A program made the translations under genes and the position numbers. Under the pieces are notes generated by a model. That model saw only the letters and a program-made list of their open reading frames with translations, was not told the DNA's origin and made no database searches. DNA of 64,000 nucleotides from NCBI RefSeq assembly GCF_032062105.1, contig NW_026920298.1:62001-126000 (forward strand), given 5' to 3'. The stretch comes from Saccostrea cucullata (Eukaryota). Within the stretch, counting starts at the first letter, position 1, and each line of letters starts with the position of its first letter. Shown here one piece after another: positions 38,390-50,884 of the stretch.

Positions 38390-40460
38390 TCTTAATGGAT
38401 TCTAAAACGTTTAAAGTTGTAAAGCAATTAAAACACCAAAAGCGTCAAAACATATTACTTTTCTACAAATTATATAACCCTTCTAAAGAGCTTTTTGTCT
38501 TTTTGGGCAACTGCCTCCTAAATGAAATTTGCATAACTCATCATTTACAAAATTATTTTTTTCTGAAAGAAAATCATTCTGATTTTACATACAAGTTCTA
38601 TGATATTAAAAAGATTCCAGAGTTTCTCATTGACGATATAATTTCTGTAATCTTTGAAGACCAGGTCTTACAACATACTGTAGATAGAATTTCGATGGAC
38701 ACTCAGTTTATTGCTTTTGTTTTGCCATCCTGTTTTATATTCCTACATATGTATGAAGTACAATTTGTTTAAAAACTTCTACATGAAAAGACAAAAACGT
38801 TCCCCTCGACATTTAAATACATTTATTTCATTCAGATGTTGTAGTGACGTATCCGAATGAACTCGACATTATTCTAAAAAGTCTGTCACGTCTTTGTCAA
38901 ATTTTGAGGTTTTAGTGACTACAGAAGAAAATGACCAAATAATAAGTAAACTATATGGCAAATGATGGATTTCAGCTTTTCAATCGTCAACATCCCTTAC
39001 TAATATAGCAATATTTTAACATCATCTTCATATGCGTTTATGTCTGTACCCTTACTGTTACGTTTGCTACAGATAGGCAGCAAGTCTGCTGCAAGTTTGC
39101 AGCAAACAAAATTGTTCGCAGGAATAAAATTTTCTTGTTTGCTGATGGCTGCCGCTAGCTGTTGGGGCAAACAATGCAGCAATTGTTGCAAGCTTGCAGA
39201 ATATTTGTAGGTACTCAATATGTTTACAGGAACATTGCAAAAAACTGTTGTTTGTCGCGAGTTTACAGGGAACATTTAACAAAATGGATGTTGGAAACTC
39301 ACAAGAATAGTTAAGAAATCGAATAAGCCAAAGCAATCTGTCTTGAGGTCAACGCAGATTTCGCCATTTGAAAATGTGTGAAATGAAGTCATAGATGATT
39401 AATTATTTTACTAGGAATGTACCCAATTTTGAAGGATTAACAAAGCCTTAATTCGGAAGTAGGTGAAATTTGGAATGCACCATCTGATTGGTAAGATCTA
39501 ATCTTATTCTGAAACAATTATCTCTTTAAATCATGTTTGAGTATCTAATGTAGGTCAATTTTACTTATGAATTTCAGTATTTATGCTAGTTTCACATTTG
39601 TATGTTTCATTATTGTATTAAAGGTTTCATATCAATTATAATTAAAATAAATGTTTTCCAAATGAAAAGAAAAGTGTTCTGTTTTATATTTCATTATAAA
39701 ATCATGTGCAGAGGCTCTTTAATTTTCTGTATATGTCAGAAATAAACATTTTATATGACATTTTAATAATGAAGAGAATGGGAACATTGTCTAGGAACAT
39801 AAAGAACTTTGCATCATTTCAAATACATTAATAATTATTTTCGTAAGGACAAAATTAATGTTTGTTTGTTTGTTTTTTGTTTTTGTTTTTTTTGCAAACG
39901 TGCTTCTTATATACAGGAGTGTTGGAAAAATAATAACACCTGTCTGCAGTACTTTTACAGCAATGTTTATCGCAAAATTGCAGCAATGTGTACAGCAAGT
40001 GTGCAGCAATGTTTACCGCAAGTGTGCAGAAATGTGTACCACAAATATGCAGCATTGTTTACTGAAAGATGGCAGTATGATTTCCATATTTGGAATACAG
40101 TTTGCTGCAGACTTGAAGCAAACCTTATTTGCATGATAAAATATTTTTTAAAGCTTTCTGTATACACGCCGCAAACTTGCTGCAAACACAAAGGGTTAGA
40201 AAGGGCAGTTATGGCTTCTTTAATTCACTACAGAAAGCTTTCAGCTATCTCTGCAGCAACTTTGAAGTATTGTCTGGTGCAGACTTGCATTAAATATTTG
40301 CAGGGGCAATGTTTTTGGTAATAGCAACTAATTTGATACTACATGAAAGCAAAACAAATACACATGCAAGGGAAAGTTTTTGATCTTGATTTCAAAACTC
40401 AGCTTTAATAATTATGACTTTACAATATTTATGGTGTTTCATTTGATGTTCGCGCTAAAT
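38390..40460 (+). mobile_element. Old decayed Penelope-like RT, split by a DNA-element insertion
   Basis: EFLIDDIISVIFEDQVLQHTV (motif B region). The thumb motif breaks at about 39046 and resumes at about 40325. Confidence 0.65.
39049..40324. mobile_element. Non-autonomous DNA element with subterminal TGCAGCAA/TTGCTGCA repeats (CMC/EnSpm-like, tentative)
   Basis: Starts CCCTTAC and ends ...TTTGGTAATAG. Dense short inverted motifs at both ends with an AT-rich middle. Inserted into the Penelope-like remnant. Confidence 0.6.
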
Positions 40461-40948
40461 CTAATGTTCGTATTGTGTAATTTATGTAGCAAATTCAAAA
40501 GTTTATTACCTTTTATTTTGTTTTACTAATATTCCTTAATAGGCCTTTGCATGTAATATTTTTTTTATCACAGATATAACTTTCACATGGCGCAACAGCA
40601 TTCGTCATCACAGGAAAACTTCGGGAAAAAATTTCTAGCAAAATATTCTATTTTTTTCTCTGCAAAATATATTTTATGAATATTAAGGCTTGAATTTAAG
40701 ATATTGAAGTGGTATATTAGAAATCTTAGACCACAATATATGGAAGCAAAACGATTATATATTCCTTGTTAGATTTTATAGATTAACCTTATATCAACTT
40801 GAAAGCTTATTATTTCAGTTTGAGCCCCGACTTCTAAGATTCAGCCAACTTCAAAAAATGTTTGTTAGCCCTTTTCCAAATAAGGATAAATAAATTTGAA
40901 TCTGTTATAACAAAAAAAGCTAGGGTGAAATATTTTCTAGTTTTTTCA

Positions 40949-41503
40949 GGACAGATGATACAAACAAATTTGTTTCTTTGGAAGAGACTTAATATCATGT
41001 CACAAATTTAGAAAAGTGGATAATTCTTAGAATTTTTTCTCCTAAGAAGTGAAAAATGAAATAGACTCGGAAAATGTGTATAATATTTCAATAGAAAAGC
41101 AAACATAGAGAAATCACACTCAGTAAAGGTTTACAGGTTAAAACAAATTTCAGAATATGCTATTTTGGTGCTAAATGTGTAATATAAACTTCAGAAAAAT
41201 ATACCAAGCCAGCAAAATGACAAGAAATTAGCAATATCATATAGGCTGATTTTTACCATTTCGCTTTTTCTGATAAAATTCACCTGGCTTGGTATACTTT
41301 TCTTAAGTTTATATTACACTTTTAGCACCGATGTAACATTTTCTAAAATTCGTTTTCATCTGTAAGAAAATTTGTAATTTTATTGAAATATTTATGTTTT
41401 CCACTTTTCATTTTCCAAATTTGAGAAAACATGAGAATTATCCACTCTTGTGACATGATATTAAGTCTCTTCCAAAGAAAAACATTGTTTGCATCATCTC
41501 TCC
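40949..41503. mobile_element. Fold-back MITE, second copy of the 4474-5027 family
   Basis: GGACAGATGATACAAAC ... GTTTGCATCATCTCTCC|TTAA, with long inverted arms and the same central loop. Confidence 0.85.
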
Positions 41504-42690
41504 TTAATAAAATGTAGCAATAAATTCCAAAAAAAAAAGTTTTGATGAGGAATAGCCCAAAAATTACTGAAAAAAATAATCGGCTCCTGAAGGTTTAAAA
41601 AATTACTAGTATGCCTTTATTAGTCAGCCGGTCCGGAGATGATAATTTTATTAATTTTATTTTCAAGATGAAATTTTATTTTCAAGATTTCAAAATGGAA
41701 AATTTTAAAATTTCAATGTCTCTCTAGGATAAACAGATAAGGCCTTTTCTACTTTGCAAAACGCTATCATAAATTCGATGTTTGTTGATTCACAATTTCC
41801 TCCAACTAGATATAATCGAATTTTCCGTTAAAGATCACATGGGAATTTATATCCTGAAAATTCAATCCACAAAACTATTACCCAATGCTAATAATCAGGA
41901 CGATGTTTTTAATTGTTACGTAATGGTTGAATAATTCATTGCAGTTACCTCTGATACTAATTTCTTGATATATAATGATTTTTCATTCGTTTCAAAAGTC
42001 ATAAAATGTTAAAATATAGTTGGATATTAAATTCTAATTCATGGGACATCATAACTTTTAATGAATAAATGATGGGAAAATATTCATAGTCCGAATAAGG
42101 CAGGCCAGTAATAATTTAACAAATAGACTTGTGCATGCTCTGACGTGACAGATAAGCCATAAGAGAAACATTGTAATGGAAAAACAATTTCTAATCTCCC
42201 ACCTAGCCCGAAGGAAATATTAAATGAAAAGTTGTGTCGAACGAAAAGAAATTCTGAATTTTTTCTTCCCCTCTTTCATTTTTTTTTTTTTTTTGCTTCG
42301 AGCATCAAAACTATATAAGAAAAAAAATCGCGCATCCAACTCTTTGACAGGAAATTTCATTATCATCAAATCGGCAGTACAGAAAACTCATTCTCTTCTA
42401 AGTCAATAGAAAGCCATTTTAGAAATTAACAGATTTTCTATCATTCTGTGAAGCCGAGCGCACTACTCTGATTTTGTAGATTATAACACTATTGGATCTC
42501 GATGGAGAAATAATATTTTATCTTTCAGAGATGCATGCTTCAGATGGCATTCAGGGCTAGCAGCAAAGTTCAGATGAAGTCTGTCGTGAGGTCGCATTAG
42601 CGTGACAATGAACTTCCGCATCGTAATAAACTGAATTATGGAAAAATAAAGCTTATCTTAACGTATTCTACTGCCACTTATATTACTCAC

Positions 42691-44035
42691 CGTCAAAAGT
42701 CGTATTTAGAATATAATCTCTCAAAATTTTTCCATTAATTTGACGCATTTCATCACATAAATCTTCTGTTTTGCAGGTTGCGTTCAACATTGCGTCAATT
42801 GCTCTAGCAATAGCATGTACCGCGTCATGAATAAACTGCACTTTCGTTTCTTGTTTAAATGTTGCAGATGACAGTCTTTCGCTACCATTACATTTTGGTT
42901 TATCAATCTGGTCTTGATATTTGTCTGAAAGAGAACAATTGTGTACATTTTCCCAGAATTCTGGAAACCAGGGATTTCTTTTGTTGTTAGATGGGGTCAG
43001 TGACATAAAATATCTATCAAAAGAAGGAATTAATGTAGATTGCAACTCAATCGTCAATGCCCCTTCAGCAACATCTGCATTTTGCTGGACAGGTTTTTCC
43101 TGCGTCCCCCATGCGTCACTAGCTATCCAAATAAATCTTGAGGCCACACCTTTTCGTGTCGCTGCATTTAGCAAGTTCGTTGCGTCCTCAATACGCAAAA
43201 AAAGCACCACAATTCTAGCGTTTTCTTTAGCTTTTAATTTAATAATGGCATCATCAAACGTTGATGGATTTGAATTGGACAATATTTTTATAGACTCTGC
43301 TATGCAAACATTTCGTGCCTTTGCCTTTTCTTTGAATTCGTCAATGCCCGACTGGCCGTAGTCTCCTTCTGACGCTACTGTGGACACGTATGTCCAGTTG
43401 AAATATTCCACAATATCCACAATAGCTTTAGCCTGAAAATTGTCCGGTGGAACTGTTCGGGAAAAATAATCATACCTAGCCTTATCACTCAAATCGGCGC
43501 TTGTTGAGGCATAGCTTATTTGCGGTAGCTTAAAGAGTCTCAGAAGATTTGCTACTTGAATCGAAACACTACTATACGATCCTCCTATGACTCCAGCCAC
43601 ATTTTCATACGTCACATTTGCCCTCGCTTTAGAACCATCATCACATGAGAAGTCGGACGAATCTATGGATGTAAATGATCCACGAATAAATTCTAAAGAT
43701 CGTTCTAGTGCAAACGTTCCCCGAGCGCAAGTATCGTATATTTTAGCGCCTAATTTGATCTTTGGGAGTATTTCAGGATTTTTGTTAATATTATCTATTG
43801 TGTGTAACATGGCCTCTGCTCTCTGAACTCCTCGGTCTAGATTGATTTCACCACATGCTCGGCGATCCCCGGAACTTTTCTGGTGAATAGGGAACAGTCC
43901 ACCAATAATTATGTCCCCTGGAATATAAGCCGATAATGCTTGATTCTCTGCACAAACACGCAATAAATGCACACAAAATATCACAAATATCTTTTCAACC
44001 ATAAATGTCCACAAAGGGAAATTCATCCCCATCAT
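42691..44035 (-). CDS. GRM3: Metabotropic glutamate receptor, group II-like (GRM2/3-like): coding exon 1 (signal peptide + Venus flytrap ligand-binding domain)
   Basis: ORF 42683..44035 carries class C GPCR motifs GDIIIGGLFPIH, RGVQRAEAM, GGSYSSVSIQVANLLRLFKLPQISYASTSA, RYDYFSRTVPPD, SEGDYG, ASDAWG, RNPWFPEFWE, QETKVQF and the intersubunit Cys in FSCDDGS. Glutamate-contacting R/S/T/Y/D/K residues are retained. Donor GAC G|GTGAGT at 42691/42690 (phase 1). Symbol denotes GRM2/3-like, not strict 1:1 orthology. Confidence 0.95.
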
Positions 44036-44245
44036 TTTTCAATAGTTGATTCTACCTCACTATCCATTTTTTCTCGGGTAGGTAAAGATATTACTTATAT
44101 CACTCATTCCCGCCATCTCCCAGGACTGTTGGCGAGCAAGTAAATCAATTCCTGCAGTAGTGCAGCTTTTCTCTATTGGTAATCCTTTTACTCATTAGCC
44201 GAGGCTGCTTCGGGTTATTGTGGCCCGCTCCATAATGTAGAGGAC
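44036..44245 (-). other. Predicted 5' UTR part of the first coding exon of the mGluR, containing uORFs
   Basis: Pyrimidine tract and acceptor CTTCTTTTTTAATTTATAG|G at 44246/44245. Five upstream ATGs forming four uORFs lie between it and the main ATG. Confidence 0.6.
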
Positions 44246-46689
44246 CTATAAATTAAAAAAGAAGCCGACGTATATATAAGAAGCCCTGAAAGATAGGAAA
44301 AGCTCTCCTAATACGAAGGAAGAAAACGTATATAATTCCACTAATTACGATGGAGTCTCAACAAAAATTCCGGAGACTTGCCTAGCGAATCGTTCTGTGA
44401 AAGTTTATGTGACTGAATTATATAGGCTGTGCTGAAAGTATCATTGACAACGAGCAGTTAATATTATCTTCCAATCGCTTCGATTTGCTTAATAAATGTC
44501 ATAATATGCTACCTATTTGTTTAACCTACCCACACGCACATATTTGTAATACACTACTTATTTCGAATTAGGAGAGCAAATATATATTTTTTTATCGGAC
44601 GTTGATAAAAAGAGTAAAATTATATACTTTTTTTAAAACAAAGTAATTCTCCAGTGCATATCAATACCCTATAGGCTATATTTTATGGCCATGACTTCGA
44701 TCATTCTATAAAAATCTACGGTACCCTAATTTTTCTACTGAAACATGGACAGCTACAGATTCAATATACTGTGGCTTTGTCCTCATTCACTGAAAACAAT
44801 ATAGACATTTAAACTATTTAGAAAACGAAATGGAATAAATTGATGATATCAAGTACAAAATTCTTCCTCCCAAAGATAAACATAAAACGTCAGCTGCTAG
44901 AACGGTTAGGGATAATTGATATTGTATATGCTTGTCCTGCATTTAATACATCTCAAATGATATCAACAGCCGTCATAATCAATTATAAAACGAACTGGGA
45001 AGGGGAAGTTGTTGTAACAAGAATAAAGGTAACAATCTACATAAAGACGAAAAATAATTATGTTTATTTAGTATAAATTCATTGTAATCGTTATATTATT
45101 TCATATTGAGAATTATTTTCACACAGCCTTAATGTAATGCATTTATTATTTGAAAAAAAAATATATTACCAGGTATCAATAACATAAAGCTATTCAGACA
45201 ATTTGATATATAACCTCTGTGCAAATAATGAATTCATTGTATCAGACATGGGCGAATCCAGAACTTTTTTTCCTAAAATGGGGTGGGGTCCATACCGATT
45301 TTTTTACAGTTATCTTTTCAATTAGTTGGGAGGATAGAACAAGTTGTTTTTTTCTTAGCATATACTAGTAATAATGATTCTCTTTATCATTAACCAGGGA
45401 TCCTTTTTTTCTTTGAGTGACCTGTGTTTTCTCATGGGAACCCAAAATTGTATTATTGGAGCTATATAGGTGAATATTTCTATTGAAATATAGACGGCTT
45501 GTTATTATTCTTCCTCTACAACAAACTTCTCAAAAGAGAATATTTAGCTGATATACCTAATCTGAGTTGTTGATTTTTCATCGGAAAAGAAACTAGTGGA
45601 TTGCAGTATTACGCAAAGCGATGGTCCCAACTATGAAAAAACTTTTAACTTTGTTAGAATGGTATTACATGGACATGTGGAACATGTTAAGTTCAATATT
45701 TACGATAACTATGCACTATGCAGTTTCATGATCAGCTGACAAAAAAGTAACATTTTCTTTTAAAGGCTCATTATTTCATTGTGTTTTAGAGGAACTGTTT
45801 TTAAGACTGCTTATACACAAAGCCCCTTTTATAACGAGGGCGTTGTTCGGTTTTATATATTTTAAAATATTTCAAAAAGCAAAATGATTTTGAATTCCTT
45901 AAAAATATTCATAGCTGGTACAAGTAAATGTTCTTAAATCCTCTTTCAGACTTTACTACTCAATTAAATACTAACAGCATCGAAAGAGAAACTTAAGTGG
46001 CAATGTGCAGCAATATATTTGATACATAGGGTAAATGAAATGTGGGTACATAAATAAAACCTGATCAGCACTTTATGAAATTAAAGATGACAATTTTTTA
46101 TAATGTTCAGTATTATCAAAACATACGATTCAACACTTTACAGTATATAACTTTAAGCCCAACGAAAAAGGATTTTCGACATGATAGACAGTGGCCTTTT
46201 CAATATATTTGAAATTCAATAAATTTACTTTCCCTGTTATAGGTCATTTGCAAAATTATTTTGTTAAAACTTTCTGATTGTGACAACACGTACAATGTAC
46301 TCTGAAACTGGTATAAAAACAAGCCCGATTTTATGATTGACATTATCTAAGAAGTTTTTGGCTATCGGGTATTCCAACAAACTGTCGGAATACCAATGAC
46401 ACACTGTCATAAGTAGACCTACTTTTGTATTTACATGAAGCAGAAACCTATGCATAAGAAGGAGAAAATGTTCGCTTCAGCTCGACATGCATTTAGATAT
46501 TTCGGCAACGAATTATAAATTGACAAAAGTTACCTCCATTCGTAATAATACTACTGGACCTGAAACAAATGATACATGTACCACAGATGAAACATACATA
46601 TGTTTCATATTTGAATATTTTACAAGAATAAGACGCTTATGGCAATATATCATCAACATTTCATAAAAACTTGATGATTTCATTTTTTC

Positions 46690-47070
46690 TATCGTCAACT
46701 CACTTGTTTAGTAATATACCCTTATCTCCTGATGTTAATATCTCATAGTTGATTTGATACACAACAACATGCTCTGAGTATAAACAATTTTAAAAACAAG
46801 TCAAGATTTTATATAATAAACAAGTTGATAGAACAATGAAATCAAGAGTCTTGTTTAAAGCGATTGATATAATGTCTAATGTTGACAGGCGAATTGATCT
46901 TTAAGTTGTGGGTTCGAATCCTTTGGATGAAACATACATCTAAAGCCTATTGTCGCAGTAGGTGCTGTCAGCCTAAAACATCCTGAAATACGCAGTATCC
47001 TTAAGTGTTATAAATAGTATGAATTTATATACAATCTTTCAATGGCAATTAAACGAAAAAGCACACAATA
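46690..47070 (+). mobile_element. Decayed Penelope-like thumb fragment (46690-46865) followed by a decayed SINE
   Basis: TTTTCTATCGTCAACT...AGTTGATTTGATAC, then a B-box GGGTTCGAATCC at about 46911. Confidence 0.5.
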
Positions 47071-49939
47071 TATCAACAAATCATATTTCAATGTTGCATG
47101 AGCTAAATAAGTAAAAGATTTCCTTTATACTAGATCTTTGAATAATCATCATAATTTATAATTGATCCATTTTTCAAATTCAATTAACATATGTTCATGT
47201 ACCTTCCAAAATATCAAAAAAATTTCTCCCTATAACATATTTAAAAGATAAGACATTGAAAGCATTTGCTAGATTACGACTTTTTAAATGTAAATTGACA
47301 AATCAATTTGATCCATTGACAAATTACATTGGTATCATAAAAAACTTTATATTCTTAATGTAGCTTAATTTTTGATAATTTTTCATTCAAAAAAGCAAGA
47401 TGAGGTGGTTTAGAATTTAATTACATGGGCCTTAATGCATATGTTATATTAAAAGTCTCTTTTATACTTTTTAAAGATACTCTTATAGGGAGACAAAAAG
47501 CTGTCTTGATAATGTTTAAACTTTTTGTGAATGATATAGCTGTTTATGAGTAAGAGAAGAACACTTAGCTCTTAGTATGAAATTTTACAAACAGTAACAT
47601 TTTTAAAATCTATGAATGACCGTCTTAACTTAAGAGTCAAGGCGGAAGAACTTATTTTTGTTGAAGGTCATGTTTTTTGGACCATCTCCAGCAAAAATCT
47701 GTTGCAGGAAAACTAAGAATAAAATTGGATGTGACATATCAATATAAAAATATGTGTTTTAGTTATGAAAAGTATGTCAAAAGACCGTGCGTAATTTATT
47801 AATGAAAGAGTAAAAAAAAATTGTCAGGTTTTGAAAAATTGTGAAAAAGTAGTGTACAATCATGAGTAAATTCATGATTCAGATTTAAAATCACGAAAGC
47901 TAGAAACTAATGATTGAGATTTAAATAGTCTGCTGTTTTTAAGCTTATGACAAAACAGTTTTAAAGAAACCACTTTCCCAAAACAACAATAAAAAGAAAA
48001 GAAAAATAAACACTTACATGAATGCATTACATGAACTTGCTGAAAATTCTGTATAATATTTTCGTGTGGTTAAAGTTTTGTTGATCAAATATTTGTCAGT
48101 TAAAAAGTTTCGTGGGTTAAAATTTCGTTGTTTTGCAAATAACCCTATTCAATATTAAGTCATAGAAAATTTCTTATTGGATCAATTTTCGTTAATAATT
48201 GATATACAGCAAAATAAACGAAATATAATCTCTATCAAATATTTCTGCTATAACAGTATTCACTTCTTTAAAAACACATATGTCGAACAAATTAATATAT
48301 GTAAAATAATAATAATTTTTATTTTAAATTCTTTAAGGAAAAAATGAGGGGAAAAATCTGAACATAGCAAAAGGATCATAGTATCTACTTACAATTATAT
48401 AGAATTTAATTATCAGATTCTCACACACGGTCGGCGTATTTTACACATTCTGTTTAATAATCTTCCTCGAATAATAGAAGCGTCCTCTCCGATACACGCA
48501 TTTGTGCAACTGAGGCGAGTAGATTAGCAGGTTTTCTTTTCACAAGGCGACTAACAACAGCTAATTATTATTGATGTGCGAGATTTCATTGAAATGTACG
48601 TCTCAATGAGGGAATGATTTGTAAATATACGAGGTTGGCCTGTTATAGAACAATAGTGCTCTGTTGATAATGTATATTATATTATTTATAAGTAGGAAGG
48701 TGTTTCTGTTAGAGTTAATTTGGGATTGTGTTTTTGTAAATATGTTTTTATAAAATTGTGTGAATGTGCGTGAAATTTGTCATATATACAGTCATGTAAT
48801 TCTGTGCAAAGGTGAATGCATGAACCGGTAGACAAAAACATTCATCATTTTTTCGTTAATAATTTTGAGCAAAGCGATAATTTAACGATAGCCGACTGTT
48901 GTGATTTATAAAATCCTAATATTGATTGTGAAGATTTACACGGTAAAATTTCCATAGATCCTTCTGATTGGGGACGATATTGAATTAGAATGATCACAAT
49001 CCTTCATCTGTCGATATGTCAAACATCTGCTATAACACACACTGGTCTGCAATAATTCTTACTTTCATTGAAGATGAATTTATACACTTACTCTCTGTTA
49101 ATAATTTTAACACACCTTGAACTGCCATATAGGTGCCCGCTACACTGATAACTTTTTGATTGATTTTTCTAAGATTTTTTTTTTTTTTTTTTGCCCAATC
49201 TGCCAGGAAAATTCAAAGAATGAGGTTCGATATCGTTGCGTTGAAAGCATTCGTGAAGTATGTGAGCATTTGGAGAGTTTCAAGTAGGTTCATTGCACAG
49301 ATCTTTCCAGAAGACACGGTGAAGACAACATGCCCTAAACATGCACATAATCTCCAAAACGTTTACACAGTTTCGCGAAGATCTTTCAAAGGAAAATGTT
49401 CGGTGTAAACATTTTGAAATCTAGCTAAATGATGTGCAAATGCTAATGGCATGTTTTTTTTTAAACAGAGCACAGTAACTAAATTGTTGCTTTTGTGGGA
49501 AAAAATTCACTAATTTATGTTATTTTACATATGTTTTATTCAAATTATAACAGAAAGTACAGGTGCATACTTGTAATGTAAGAAAAAATGAAAATTCAGA
49601 TTAATTACAAGTATAATAATAAGATTATAACACTAAAAATAAATGCAAGGCATGGAGATGCATGCATGGTAAACGATTTTATTTTAATTATTAATCCCAG
49701 GGAATTCAAACTAAGAAAACTATATAACTTTCAAAAAGGTAAAAAAAAAGCATAATCGTTAGTGAAAAAAATATGACTTAAGATATAGACCAATTACACC
49801 TTCATTGAACAAACGAATACTTTAGAGATCTATTGCAAAACTATAAGACATGAATTAACGCAAGAAAACATCCCCGAGATAAAAGAAACAAGATACGAAG
49901 AACTGAAATAAACTAATGGATACTGCTTTCTTCCTCATC

Positions 49940-50884
49940 CACTTTTATGTCAATTGTGACACTGAGTGACAGTGGACAATCTATCTATCTATTTTCCTCT
50001 GACGGTTACTTAGTGCATCGTGTTTGGTGTATTTTGTGCTGTACGTTACATTTTAACTTTTTGAGACTGCTGAACAAATTTCAAGAAATTTTGGGATGTA
50101 TCACATTTTGGTAAAGGGAGAAAAGTGATTCTTGCTCTTAAGGGACGTCTTAAGGACTACAATTAAATAAAAACATACTCCTGTATATAAAGCAGTCAAA
50201 CATGCATGATTTTAAAAAAGGAAGAAGAGTGCCTCTCTCAAATAGTGCAATTTCTTGGCCCAGGGTCAATGTTTCTGCTGTGAGGGCAAGGTTCTATTGA
50301 TTTCATTGTGAAAATTAATTAATAAATTCTTTAAAAACCTTATCTGTTTAAGATTTTGGTGAGCTTGAAATAAAACGACTCATTTGTTTCATATCGGATA
50401 TTTTACTAGAAATTAAATGTTAATGAAAACCTAACGATAAAATTTTCTATATCCAGACAAGCTATTTACAAACAAGTTGATGAAATATGAATATCAACAA
50501 TCTCGTTAAAAGTATTCATTTCACAAGTCCTATGGTCAGTTCAATGTCCTTGCCGTTGCAAATATATCCTAATTAAATCGAATTCTGACTGACGTTTCTC
50601 ATACTTGTTGCTGCTTTATTATTTGCACCCTGAATTATCTACGGATGTTTTTCTTTTTCCCGATCATGACACAGGGGCAAACGACAGGTGTGAGCAGCCG
50701 ACGAAGGATACTTACTCCTGCAATTCAGACACCTGGTCCCAACTCAGGTGTATTGAGAAGTTTGTGTCTGCTCTGCTCACCTGATTTGTATTTTTCTAGT
50801 GAATTTTTTTAGCATGATTGCTGTTTGTTATTTTCATATTTCAATTGATTCAGGTGTTCATTAAAGCCCTTGGACCTCTTGTTT
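49940..50884 (+). mobile_element. Decayed HINE with a nested Penelope-like fragment (about 50360-50845)
   Basis: HINE-like body and 3' end TCAGGTG...GCCCTTGGACCTCTTGTTT flank a diverged copy of the Penelope-like ORF end and 3' UTR. Confidence 0.55.

Noticed and set aside
39000-40321. Cluster of overlapping Cys/Gln-rich ORFs
   Set aside because: Produced by TGCAGCAA-type subterminal repeats of a DNA element; open on both strands with no domain.
42921-43826. Plus-strand ORFs of 146 aa and 79 aa
   Set aside because: Antisense shadows of the mGluR exon, with no independent coding features.
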